This document shows, one piece after another, positions 19,500-28,180 of a stretch of 64,000 nucleotides of DNA. The position numbers were made by a program, and so were the translations under genes. The DNA comes from an uncultured Christensenella sp. (GTDB lineage Bacteria > Bacillota > Clostridia > Christensenellales > Borkfalkiaceae): assembly GCA_910577375.1 (NCBI GenBank), contig CAJTLT010000001.1:291426-355425 (forward strand), written 5' to 3'. The notes under the pieces were generated by a model. That model was not told the DNA's origin and searched no databases. It saw only the letters and a list, made by a program, of their open reading frames with translations. Position 1 is the stretch's first letter. The number at the start of each line of letters is the position of its first letter.

Positions 19500-20702
19500 A
19501 TGCTAAGAAAAAAAGAATGCGTTGCAATGTTGCTTGCAGGAGGACAGGGTAGCAGACTTTACGCGCTTACAAGCAACATTGCAAAACCGGCGGTTTCATT
19601 CGGAGCAAAGTACAGAATTATTGATTTCCCGCTTTCGAATTGCATTAATTCGGGGATAGATACTGTAGGCGTGCTTACGCAGTATCAGCCGCTTGTTCTC
19701 AATGAATATGTAGGCAACGGACAACCGTGGGATTTGGATAGAACGTTCGGCGGCGTTCATATTTTGTCGCCTTATGAAGCGAAAACAGACACTTCATGGT
19801 ACAAGGGTACAGCGAACGCAATTTATCAGAATATACGGTTTATGCAGATGTATGACCCGGAATATGTTCTTATACTTTCCGGCGACCACATTTATAAAAT
19901 GGATTACGATAAAATGCTTGCGGCGCATAAAGAGGCAAAGGCAGACTGTACAATTGCCTGCATGCAAGTGCCTTTAAAAGAAGCTTCAAGGTTTGGAATT
20001 TTAAATACCAATTCAGACGGCACGATTTATGAGTTTGAGGAGAAACCGGCTAATCCCAAAAGTGATTTGGCATCTATGGGAATTTATATTTTTACGGCTT
20101 CGAAACTTTTCAAATATCTTGAGCTTGATAATAATGACCCTAAATCTGAAAAAGATTTCGGTAAAAACGTATTGCCTTCAATGCTTGCCGCCGGTGAGAA
20201 AATGTATTCTTACCGTTTTGACGGGTACTGGAAAGATGTCGGAACAATAAGTTCGCTTTGGGAAGCAAATATGGATTTGCTCGGCGTTGTTCCCAGATTT
20301 GAACTTTCAGACAGAGACCGCGTAATTCATTCCAGAAGCCCTTTGGCGCCTCCTGCTTATATACAAGGCGAAGTAATAAATTCTCTTATTGCAACGGGCA
20401 GCGATATCGAAGGAAAAATTGTTAATTCTGTTATCGGCACTAATTGTGTGATAGAAGAAGGCGCGGAAGTCATAGACAGCGTACTTATGGGTAATATCAC
20501 AGTTAAGTCCGGAGCAAAAATAAATTATTCAATAATAGACGAAGAGGTTATAATCGGAGAAAAGGCTGTTATCGGTGCGCCAATCGCCGAAGCTGTAAAA
20601 ACAGAAAGTAAGACTAACGGCATAACTGTACTCGGCAGGGCAATTAGCGTTAAGAAAAACGGAAAAGTTGCGGCCGGTGAAATCGTGGATAAAAACGTAT
20701 AA
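19500..20702 (+). CDS. glgC: Glucose-1-phosphate adenylyltransferase
   Basis: Start chosen at [20 protein letters not shown] (SD GGGGGA 8 nt upstream). The ORF track's 19455 start would overlap the glgB end. Typical GlgC motifs plus a LbH C-terminal domain. Confidence 0.9.
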   Translation: MLRKKECVAMLLAGGQGSRLYALTSNIAKPAVSFGAKYRIIDFPLSNCINSGIDTVGVLTQYQPLVLNEYVGNGQPWDLDRTFGGVHILSPYEAKTDTSWYKGTANAIYQNIRFMQMYDPEYVLILSGDHIYKMDYDKMLAAHKEAKADCTIACMQVPLKEASRFGILNTNSDGTIYEFEEKPANPKSDLASMGIYIFTASKLFKYLELDNNDPKSEKDFGKNVLPSMLAAGEKMYSYRFDGYWKDVGTISSLWEANMDLLGVVPRFELSDRDRVIHSRSPLAPPAYIQGEVINSLIATGSDIEGKIVNSVIGTNCVIEEGAEVIDSVLMGNITVKSGAKINYSIIDEEVIIGEKAVIGAPIAEAVKTESKTNGITVLGRAISVKKNGKVAAGEIVDKNV

Positions 20703-20716
20703 AGGGGGATACTATA

Positions 20717-21823
20717 ATGGCTTCTACGGTAGGAGTTATATTTTCTAGCATAAATGAAGAGAACATACCCGAACTTACAAGGGTAAGGTCAATGGGGTCT
20801 ATTCCAATCGGAGGAAGATACCGTTTGGTAGATTTTGCTTTGTCAAATATGGTAAATTCAGGTATAACCACGGTAGGAATGATAACGAAAAATAATTATC
20901 AGTCTTTAATGGATCATCTCGGTTCAGGGAAATATTGGGATTTGGCAAGAAAAGAAGGCGGGCTTATTTTACTTCCGCCTTATAGCGACGAAACAGAAAT
21001 TCTTTATAAAAATCGACTTGAAGCGTTGAAAGGCGCGACCGCATTTCTGAGAAAATGTAAGGAAGATTTTGTTGTAATCGCAGACAGCGATGCAGTGTAT
21101 AAACTTGATTACAGTAAAGTAATAGAAAGTCACATAAAAAACAACGCGGATATTACGCTTGTTTATCATGAGCATGAAGTCGTTAAATCTCATTATTATA
21201 TGGCTTTTGAAACCGCTAAAGACGGAAGAATCACCGAAATTGAAATCAATCCTATTTCAGGAGGAATTAAGAAAAATTATGTAAACGTTATGGTTGCCCG
21301 AACAGCTTTTCTGTTAAGACTCATTCAAGATGCAATACAGCACGGATACATAAGTTTTGGCAGAGATATATTGAGTCCAGGTGTTTCCAAATATAAAATT
21401 TACGGATACGAACTTAAAGGTTATTATGCAAGCATTACTTCTTTGCAAAAATATTTTACAACTAATTTTGATTTGCTAAATAAAAATGTCAGAACGGAAA
21501 TTTTCGGAGAAAGAGACGTATATACAAAAGTGAACGACAGCGCTCCCGCAAAATTTACCGAAACGGCAAAAGTTAAAAATTCTCTTGTTTCTGACGGTTG
21601 CATTATTGAAGGAACTGTTGAAAACAGTATACTTTTCCGCGGAGTTAAAATAGGGAGAGATACGGTAGTCAAAAACTGTATAATAATGACAGATAATATT
21701 ATCGGTGAAAACTGTAATCTTTCATATGTGGTAAGCGATAAAAATTCTGTTATTCGTGATAATAGAACGCTTGCCGGTTGTGATGTTCAACCTTATTTCA
21801 TAGGGAAAGGCTCACTCATTTAA
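20717..21823 (+). CDS. glgD: Glucose-1-phosphate adenylyltransferase regulatory subunit GlgD
   Basis: 368 aa GlgC paralogue lacking the GGxGxRL motif (has IPIGGRYRLVDFALSN). It occupies the position after glgC, as in the Bacillus glgBCDAP operon. Confidence 0.85.
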   Translation: MASTVGVIFSSINEENIPELTRVRSMGSIPIGGRYRLVDFALSNMVNSGITTVGMITKNNYQSLMDHLGSGKYWDLARKEGGLILLPPYSDETEILYKNRLEALKGATAFLRKCKEDFVVIADSDAVYKLDYSKVIESHIKNNADITLVYHEHEVVKSHYYMAFETAKDGRITEIEINPISGGIKKNYVNVMVARTAFLLRLIQDAIQHGYISFGRDILSPGVSKYKIYGYELKGYYASITSLQKYFTTNFDLLNKNVRTEIFGERDVYTKVNDSAPAKFTETAKVKNSLVSDGCIIEGTVENSILFRGVKIGRDTVVKNCIIMTDNIIGENCNLSYVVSDKNSVIRDNRTLAGCDVQPYFIGKGSLI

Positions 21824-21841
21824 GTAGATAGGGGGAAAATT

Positions 21842-23413
21842 ATGGCTACTACAAAAACAACAAAAACCAAAACTACCGCGGCGGAAAAAACAGCAAAAAC
21901 AACTGTTGCAAAAGCTACGGTAAAGCCTGCGGCAAAAAAGACTGCGCCGTCCAAAATATCAAAAACTTCAACTGAAAAATCAGTTAAAGTATCAGAAAGT
22001 AAAAAGAAAATATTATTTGTCGCTTCGGAAGCTACTCCGTTTATTGCAACAGGAGGACTTGCCGAAGTTATTGGTTCACTTTCCGTTTCGCTTGCTGCAA
22101 CAGGCAACTACGACGTGCGGGTAGTAATTCCTATGTATTCTGACATAAAGAAAGAATATAGAGATAAATTTAATTACCTTGGTAATTTATATGTTCATCT
22201 GGCATGGCGAAACCAATATTGCGGCATTTTTTCTTATGAAAAAGACGGAGTAACTTTCTATTTTATAGATAACGAGTTTTATTTTAAACGTCCCGGATGT
22301 TACGGATATTATGATGACGGTGAAAGATTTGCATTCTTTTCAAGAAGTGTTTTGGAAATTATGCCGTTTTTAAACTTTTATCCGGATGTTATGCATTGTC
22401 ATGACTGGCAGGCGGCCCTTGCGGCGATATATTTAAAAACTAATTATTGTTTCAGACCCGAATATCAATATATAAGGGCACTTTTTACAATACATAATAT
22501 AGAATATCAGGGATGGTATTCGTTGGATTTGTTGGGTGATTTGTTTGATATCTACGGAAGTTATCAGCATCTTGTTGAATACAAAAATTCTATTAACCTT
22601 ATGAAAGGAGCTATAGAGTGCTGTGAAAGATTTTCTACCGTAAGCCCCAAATATGCCGAGGAAATTAAAGACCCTTATTATGCACACGGGCTTGACCCCA
22701 TTGTAAGAAGAAATGAATTCAAACTTTGCGGTATATTAAACGGCATTGATGTGGACGGTTATAATAGCGAAAAAGATAGTCATCTTTACGCAAATTACTC
22801 TGTAGACGATTTCAGTAATAAAGAACTGTGTAAAAAAGGTCTTCAAAAACAACTGGGATTACCGCAAAGAAATGATGTTCCTATTGTTTCAATGGTAACA
22901 CGATTGGTTTCCCATAAAGGATTGGACCTTGTTACTGCCGTTTTGGAAGAATTGTTACAAGACGATATTCAAGTAGTTATTCTTGGAACAGGTGATGCAC
23001 ACTTTGAGGGATATTTCAGAGATTTGGCTTGCAGATATCCAGACAAACTCAGTGCCAACATTGTATTTAACGGAGATTTATCAAGGAAGATTTATTCCGG
23101 TTCAGATATATTCCTGATGCCGTCCAAATCCGAACCGTGCGGATTGTCACAAATGATAGCTTGCCGTTACGGCACTATTCCAATTGTCAGAGAAACTGGC
23201 GGACTTTATGATAGTATTAAACCGCTTGAAAACGGATATACATTTACCAATTATAATGCACATGATATGCTGTATGTGATACGTAAGGCAATTTCCGATT
23301 ATAAAAACAAAGACGAGTGGACAAAATTAATGTACAGGGCGGCAAAATCTGATTTCAGTTGGAATCGTTCTGCACAGCAATACGAAGCTCTTTATTTGGA
23401 TATGCTTAAATAA
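21842..23413 (+). CDS. glgA: Glycogen synthase with a 55-aa Lys/Thr/Ala-rich N-terminal extension
   Basis: From aa 56 onward it reads KILFVASEATPFIATGGLAEV..., a canonical GT5 GlgA. The preceding 55 aa are low complexity. SD GGGGGA sits upstream of the 21842 ATG. Confidence 0.9.
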   Translation: MATTKTTKTKTTAAEKTAKTTVAKATVKPAAKKTAPSKISKTSTEKSVKVSESKKKILFVASEATPFIATGGLAEVIGSLSVSLAATGNYDVRVVIPMYSDIKKEYRDKFNYLGNLYVHLAWRNQYCGIFSYEKDGVTFYFIDNEFYFKRPGCYGYYDDGERFAFFSRSVLEIMPFLNFYPDVMHCHDWQAALAAIYLKTNYCFRPEYQYIRALFTIHNIEYQGWYSLDLLGDLFDIYGSYQHLVEYKNSINLMKGAIECCERFSTVSPKYAEEIKDPYYAHGLDPIVRRNEFKLCGILNGIDVDGYNSEKDSHLYANYSVDDFSNKELCKKGLQKQLGLPQRNDVPIVSMVTRLVSHKGLDLVTAVLEELLQDDIQVVILGTGDAHFEGYFRDLACRYPDKLSANIVFNGDLSRKIYSGSDIFLMPSKSEPCGLSQMIACRYGTIPIVRETGGLYDSIKPLENGYTFTNYNAHDMLYVIRKAISDYKNKDEWTKLMYRAAKSDFSWNRSAQQYEALYLDMLK

Positions 23414-23436
23414 AATTTACTTATCAGGAGAACGAA

Positions 23437-25878
23437 ATGAGCAATTCTGCTATAACCGAAAAGGAAGCAAAAGATTTAATTAAGGGTAAACTTTCGAGAT
23501 ACTTCGGAGTTGCCCCTGCAGAAGCTTCCAAAGAACAAGTTTATAAAGCCGTAGTAATGGTTGTAAGAGATATTTTGCTGGAAAAAAGACAACAATTCCA
23601 TAAAAAAGCCAAGGCAAAGCGCGCAAAACGCGTTTATTATCTTTGCATGGAATTTTTGATGGGGCGCTCGCTTAAAAACAGCTTGTATAATCTTAATACT
23701 GTAACTCCGTTTGAAAAGGCGTTATCTTCTTACGGATTAAAACTTGAAGATTTATATGAACTCGAACCTGATGCCGGTTTGGGTAACGGCGGTTTAGGCA
23801 GACTTGCCGCGTGCTTTATGGATGCGCTTGCTACCGGTAATTATCCGGCGATGGGATATTCGTTGCGTTATGAATATGGTCTTTTTAAGCAGAAAATAGT
23901 TGACGGCTGGCAAATTGAACTTCCCGATGTCTGGTTGCCGGGCGGAGAAGCTTGGCTTACGCAAAGAACGGATAAATCGTTTATCGTTAAGTTTAACGGT
24001 CAGATTGAAGAAAAGTGGACTGAAAACGGACTTGAAACCAATTATATCAACTGCAATGAAGTACAGGCGGTAGCTTACGATATGATGGTTTCGGGTAAAA
24101 ATAGTGATGCTGTTTCGGTTTTAAGACTTTGGAAAGCTAAACCCGTTCAGGATTTCAACATGAAATTATTCTCGCAAGGCGATTACTATCAGGCTATGAC
24201 TGAGGATAATGATGCTGATCTTTTAACCAAAGTTCTTTATCCTGCAGATAACCATAATGCCGGTAAATCGTTAAGACTTAAACAACAGTATTTCCTTTGT
24301 TCGGCATCGATTCAAAATATAGTTGAGGACCATAAACACAGATACGGAAATTTAATGGATTTACCTAAGCTTGCGGCGATTCATTTGAATGATACGCATC
24401 CCGCATTGGCAATTCCTGAATTAATGCGTATTTTGATTGATGAATATTTCTATGACTGGGACAGAGCGTGGGCAGTAACAACAGCAACTTGCGCATATAC
24501 TAATCATACCGTTTTAGCAGAAGCTTTGGAAACATGGTCTGAAGATTTAATTGCGCGAACAATTCCGAGAATTCATTCTATTATAAAAGAAATTAACCGT
24601 CGGCTTTGCGAACAGCTTTGGAATGCTTTCCCTGGAGAATGGGCGAAAATCTCAAGAATGTCGATTATTGAACATGACCGTATAAAAATGGCAAATCTTT
24701 CGGTATACGGCGGTCATAGTGTAAACGGTGTATCGGCATTGCACAGCGAAATAATCAAGACTTCTGTATTCAAAGATTTTTATGACTTTTCCCCCGAAAA
24801 GTTTACAAATGTAACAAATGGCATTGCGCATAGGCGCTGGCTTAATCAGTCTAATCCCGAACTCTCGGCGCTTTTAAATGATTGCATAGGCGAAAGCTAT
24901 GAACTTGATAGTTCGAAACTTGCCGATTTTAAAAAGTTTGAAAATGATAACTCGGTTTTAAAACGTCTTGAAGAAATTAAACATATTAAGAAGTTGCAGT
25001 TTGCAGAATTTGCGAAGAAGAAGCAAGGGGTTATAATAGATCCGAATTCATTATTCGACGTTCAGGCAAAACGTCTCCACGAATATAAACGGCAACTCTT
25101 AAATGTTTTAAATATTATTGATACCTATCTTGATTTACAGGAAAATCCCGAACTTAAAATTTTACCTAAAACATATATTTTTGGAGCAAAAGCTGCGCCG
25201 GGATATGATATGGCAAAGAAAATTATTAAATTAATCAATTATCTTGCCGCAGAAATAAGAAGTAATCCGAAAATAAAAGAAAAATTAAACGTAGTCTACA
25301 TGGAAGACTATAATGTAACTATGTCTGAAAAGCTTATGCCGGCATCGGAAGTTTCTGAACAAATTTCGCTTGCGGGAAAGGAAGCAAGCGGAACTGGTAA
25401 TATGAAGTTCATGATAAACGGTGCTTTAACAGTCGGAACGTTGGATGGCGCAAATGTAGAAATGGCAGAAGCCGTTGGCAACGAAAACATTTTTATTTTT
25501 GGCTACAAAGCAAATGAAGTTGATGAGATTTGGCGCAACGGTTATAGTTCAAGTAAATATTATAATGAATCCCCCAAATTAAGACGTATAATCGAATCTC
25601 TTATTATAGGCTTTAATGGTGAAAGTTTCGCAGATATTGCTAATTATCTGTTGACAGGTTCTCCTGTGGCTGACCCTTATATGTGCATGGCTGATTTTGC
25701 CGCGTATAGCAATACTCAACATGAAATTTCAAAACTTTATACAAAAGATAAAATGAAATGGAATCAAATGTCGCTTAGAAACATCGCCGCATCCGGTTAT
25801 TTCTCGGCTGACCGAGCAATTTATGATTATGCTAATAATATTTGGAATTTAAAAAGCATAGTAAAATCTGAAAAATAA
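23437..25878 (+). CDS. glgP: Glycogen/maltodextrin phosphorylase
   Basis: 813 aa with GLGNGGLGRLAACFMDA and the PLP-site motif EASGTGNMKFMINGALTVGTLDGANVE. Confidence 0.95.
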   Translation: MSNSAITEKEAKDLIKGKLSRYFGVAPAEASKEQVYKAVVMVVRDILLEKRQQFHKKAKAKRAKRVYYLCMEFLMGRSLKNSLYNLNTVTPFEKALSSYGLKLEDLYELEPDAGLGNGGLGRLAACFMDALATGNYPAMGYSLRYEYGLFKQKIVDGWQIELPDVWLPGGEAWLTQRTDKSFIVKFNGQIEEKWTENGLETNYINCNEVQAVAYDMMVSGKNSDAVSVLRLWKAKPVQDFNMKLFSQGDYYQAMTEDNDADLLTKVLYPADNHNAGKSLRLKQQYFLCSASIQNIVEDHKHRYGNLMDLPKLAAIHLNDTHPALAIPELMRILIDEYFYDWDRAWAVTTATCAYTNHTVLAEALETWSEDLIARTIPRIHSIIKEINRRLCEQLWNAFPGEWAKISRMSIIEHDRIKMANLSVYGGHSVNGVSALHSEIIKTSVFKDFYDFSPEKFTNVTNGIAHRRWLNQSNPELSALLNDCIGESYELDSSKLADFKKFENDNSVLKRLEEIKHIKKLQFAEFAKKKQGVIIDPNSLFDVQAKRLHEYKRQLLNVLNIIDTYLDLQENPELKILPKTYIFGAKAAPGYDMAKKIIKLINYLAAEIRSNPKIKEKLNVVYMEDYNVTMSEKLMPASEVSEQISLAGKEASGTGNMKFMINGALTVGTLDGANVEMAEAVGNENIFIFGYKANEVDEIWRNGYSSSKYYNESPKLRRIIESLIIGFNGESFADIANYLLTGSPVADPYMCMADFAAYSNTQHEISKLYTKDKMKWNQMSLRNIAASGYFSADRAIYDYANNIWNLKSIVKSEK

Positions 25879-25890
25879 AATATTTAATGA

Positions 25891-25917
25891 AAAACTCGGG
25901 CAAAAGCCCGAGTTTTT
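25891..25917 (+). terminator. Intrinsic terminator after glgP
   Basis: aaaactcgggc-aaaa-gcccgagtttt followed by T residues. Confidence 0.8.
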
Positions 25918-26063
25918 CATTACTATGCGTGACATAATCAAGCCGTTTAAGTTCTTCATCATTTCATTAAAGTTCGGTTAAAAAGTCATTCAAACAATCT
26001 TGATTAACCCATATTTTAAAATTGATATTTGTTTTAATTTAAAAGTTTAATTATTTTAAATCC

Positions 26064-26092
26064 TTGACAATCGCTCTTCTTTGTGTTATTTT
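26064..26092 (+). promoter_or_regulatory. Candidate promoter upstream of the recombinase gene
   Basis: TTGACA-17 nt-TATTTT with TG at -15/-14. The palindrome begins 6 nt downstream of the -10. Confidence 0.4.
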
Positions 26093-26097
26093 ATATT

Positions 26098-26149
26098 TAC
26101 ATATTTAACACTTCGTAAAACCTGTCTTTTACGAAGTGTTAAATATGTA
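26098..26149. repeat. Perfect inverted repeat, 23-bp arms with a 6-bp spacer (candidate recombinase core site / operator)
   Basis: tacatatttaacacttcgtaaaa-cctgtc-ttttacgaagtgttaaatatgta. The arms are exact reverse complements. It lies 46 nt upstream of the recombinase ATG. Confidence 0.95.
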
Positions 26150-26194
26150 TTCTTTACAATAAAAAGGACTCACTATTCTAAATTCTAATTTATT

Positions 26195-27244
26195 ATGTCA
26201 AATTACTACATTCAAAGAAACAATAAAAATCTTGAAACAATTGAAAAACTTTTAAACGAAGAACTGCCGTCTTTTTGTTATGATTATTTTATTTCTATAG
26301 ACAGCCAAACCTCTTCATTAACTCGCTTAAATTATGCCCATGATTTGAAGATATTTTTTTATTTTCTTTATGAAAAGAAATTCCGTAGAAATAAAGCTGT
26401 TCTTGAGATTACGCTTGAAGATTTGGAAAAAGTCACAAGCAATGATATCGAATATTTTTTAGGTTATCTTTCCCACTATGTTTATAATGGTAAAGAACAC
26501 ATTTGCAATGAACGCGCTAAGGCAAGAAAGCTTTCTTCCGTTCGTGCAATGTTTAAATATTTTTTCAATAAAAATATGATTAGCGTTGATAATTCTGCAA
26601 AAGTTGCAACACCTAAACTCCACGATAAACCTATTATCAGGCTTGATTCAGACGAAGTCTATAATATTATTGATGCAGCAGAAAGCGGTGACGGTCTTAC
26701 CCCGCATCAACGTGCTTATCATGAAAAAACAAAAGTACGCGATTCAGCAATTCTTATGCTTTTTCTCGGCACTGGAATACGTATAAGCGAGCTTGTCGGT
26801 CTGAATAATGGAGATATTAATTTCAAAGATAATTCTTTTATTGTTACGCGTAAAGGCGGAAATAAAGCAATTCTGTATTTTGATGACGACGTCGCGCAAG
26901 CTTTACAAAGATATATTGACTATAAAGAACTTAATTATAATGATTTAAAAGAGCCCTCCGCCCTATTTATATCAAACAATAAAAATCGTATAACCGTGCG
27001 CGCGGTAGAAAACTTGGTGAAAAAGTATGCAAAAATAATATCTCCCCTTAAAAAAATTTCACCTCATAAATTGCGTTCTACATACGGTACACAGCTTTAC
27101 AGAGCAACCGGCGATATTTATATAGTCGCAGATGTCCTTGGTCATAAGGACGTAAATACAACGCGCAAGCACTATGCCGCTATAAGTGACGATAACCGGC
27201 GCGGTGTTGTCGGTAAAGTAAAAATAAAACGCGAAGACGAATAA
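26195..27244 (+). CDS. Tyrosine site-specific recombinase (XerC/XerD/phage-integrase family)
   Basis: 349 aa with an N-terminal SAM-like core-binding domain. The C-terminal catalytic residues are GTGIRISEL (Arg), HKLRST (H-x-x-R) and GHKDVNTTRKHY (His...Tyr). Confidence 0.85.
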   Translation: MSNYYIQRNNKNLETIEKLLNEELPSFCYDYFISIDSQTSSLTRLNYAHDLKIFFYFLYEKKFRRNKAVLEITLEDLEKVTSNDIEYFLGYLSHYVYNGKEHICNERAKARKLSSVRAMFKYFFNKNMISVDNSAKVATPKLHDKPIIRLDSDEVYNIIDAAESGDGLTPHQRAYHEKTKVRDSAILMLFLGTGIRISELVGLNNGDINFKDNSFIVTRKGGNKAILYFDDDVAQALQRYIDYKELNYNDLKEPSALFISNNKNRITVRAVENLVKKYAKIISPLKKISPHKLRSTYGTQLYRATGDIYIVADVLGHKDVNTTRKHYAAISDDNRRGVVGKVKIKREDE

Positions 27245-27260
27245 GTTTTTATTCGTCTTC
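27233..27260. terminator. Bidirectional hairpin formed by the 3' ends of two convergent CDSs
   Basis: gaagacgaataa-gttt-ttattcgtcttc. Both arms include the stop codons and encode ...EDE-stop on each strand. Confidence 0.6.
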
Positions 27261-27428
27261 GTTTTCGGTTATTATTTTATCTATCTTTATTATTGCATCG
27301 TCATGTATTTCCAAACATTTTCCGCAGTTATCACAAATTTTAAGCGGATTAAGGTCGCAGATATCACACTCTCCGCAATCTATACACTCTCTTTCATACA
27401 ATACACATGTCTTTCTTTCAATTTTCAT
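27249..27428 (-). CDS. Small Cys-rich acidic protein (59 aa), function unknown
   Basis: Start chosen at MKIERK (SD GAAGAGGTG 4 nt upstream). The sequence has 8 Cys: C8, C15-x2-C18-x2-C21-x2-C24 and C32-x2-C35-x2-C38. There is no TM segment and the C-terminal tail is acidic. Confidence 0.6.
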   Translation of the reverse strand: MKIERKTCVLYERECIDCGECDICDLNPLKICDNCGKCLEIHDDAIIKIDKIITENEDE

Positions 27429-27444
27429 CTTGCACCTCTTCAAT

Positions 27445-27473
27445 ATAATATTACCAATTTGCATAAAATTCAA
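27445..27473 (-). promoter_or_regulatory. Candidate promoter of the Cys-rich small gene
   Basis: The minus strand reads TTGAAT-17 nt-TATTAT, ending about 17 nt before the ATG. Confidence 0.4.
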
Positions 27474-27484
27474 GTAGTTTTAAG

Positions 27485-27498
27485 CAAACTTTTGTTTG
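27485..27498. promoter_or_regulatory. Palindrome CAAAC-N4-GTTTG, candidate variant LexA operator
   Basis: gCAAACttttGTTTGa lies between the divergent small gene and lexA. Its right half overlaps the predicted lexA -35. Confidence 0.4.
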
Positions 27499-27524
27499 AT
27501 TTTTAATATGTTATCTGTTAAAAT
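27496..27524 (+). promoter_or_regulatory. Candidate lexA promoter
   Basis: TTGATT-17 nt-TAAAAT, about 20 nt upstream of the lexA SD (GAGGTG). Confidence 0.45.
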
Positions 27525-27543
27525 ATTTATGAGGTGAAAAATA

Positions 27544-28140
27544 ATGTCTCCTAGACAAGCTGAAAAAATAAAAAATGAAGAAAGCGTTTTCTCTTATATT
27601 CAAAAATATATGGCTGAAAACGGTTATGCGCCTTGTGTCCGCGAAATTTGTGCAGCCTGCAATATAAAGTCTACCGCTACTGTTTTTAATATAATAAACC
27701 GTTTAAAAGAACGCGGGCTTTTAGAAAAATCAGATGTAAAACGGCGGGCTATATCTTTAAAAAGCAAATCTATATCCGTTCCTCTTGTTGGTACTGTCGC
27801 TGCCGGACAGCCGATTTTTGCCGCTGAAAATTATGAAGATTACTTTTCTCTTCCGGAAAACTTTTTTTCCGGAGAAAATTTGTTTATGCTTAATGTTCAG
27901 GGTTCTTCTATGATAAAAATCGGTATGTTTGATGGTGACAAGGTTGTTGTAAGAAAACAAGAATCGGCCGATAACGGTGATATCGTTGTTGCACTCATTG
28001 ATGAAAGTGCAACAGTTAAACGTTTTTTCAAGCGTGACGGAAAAATTATTTTACATCCGGAAAATGACGAAATGAATGACTTTATCTTTAACGAAGTTCA
28101 GATTCTTGGTAAAGTAGTCGGATTAATAAGAAATCTATAA
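27544..28140 (+). CDS. lexA: SOS repressor LexA
   Basis: 198 aa with an N-terminal winged HTH, the cleavage region VPLVGTVAAGQP (Ala-Gly), and an S24 peptidase domain with GSSM (Ser) and ATVKRF (Lys). Confidence 0.95.
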   Translation: MSPRQAEKIKNEESVFSYIQKYMAENGYAPCVREICAACNIKSTATVFNIINRLKERGLLEKSDVKRRAISLKSKSISVPLVGTVAAGQPIFAAENYEDYFSLPENFFSGENLFMLNVQGSSMIKIGMFDGDKVVVRKQESADNGDIVVALIDESATVKRFFKRDGKIILHPENDEMNDFIFNEVQILGKVVGLIRNL

Positions 28141-28143
28141 ATT

Positions 28144-28180
28144 AAAAACAAGCTGAGTTTTATATGCTCAGCTTGTTTTT
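28144..28180. terminator. Bidirectional intrinsic terminator (lexA / CDF transporter)
   Basis: aaaaacaagctgag-ttttatatg-ctcagcttgttttt: a 14-bp stem including A/T tails. Confidence 0.8.

Noticed and set aside
21820-22107. 95-aa - strand ORF opposite the glgA 5' end
   Set aside because: It is the mirror image of the low-complexity Lys/Thr/Ala tail coding region (giving Val/Phe/Ala repeats). No SD, and it overlaps the glgD stop and glgA SD.
25965-25985. aaagttcggtta resembles the tRNA-Thr 3' segment caagtccggtta: a possible att repeat bounding an integrase island (25.97-29.2 kb)
   Set aside because: It is only a 10/11 match, expected about once by chance in 64 kb. The geometry is wrong because the tRNA 3' end faces away from the recombinase. 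The interval also contains lexA, which is unlikely cargo.
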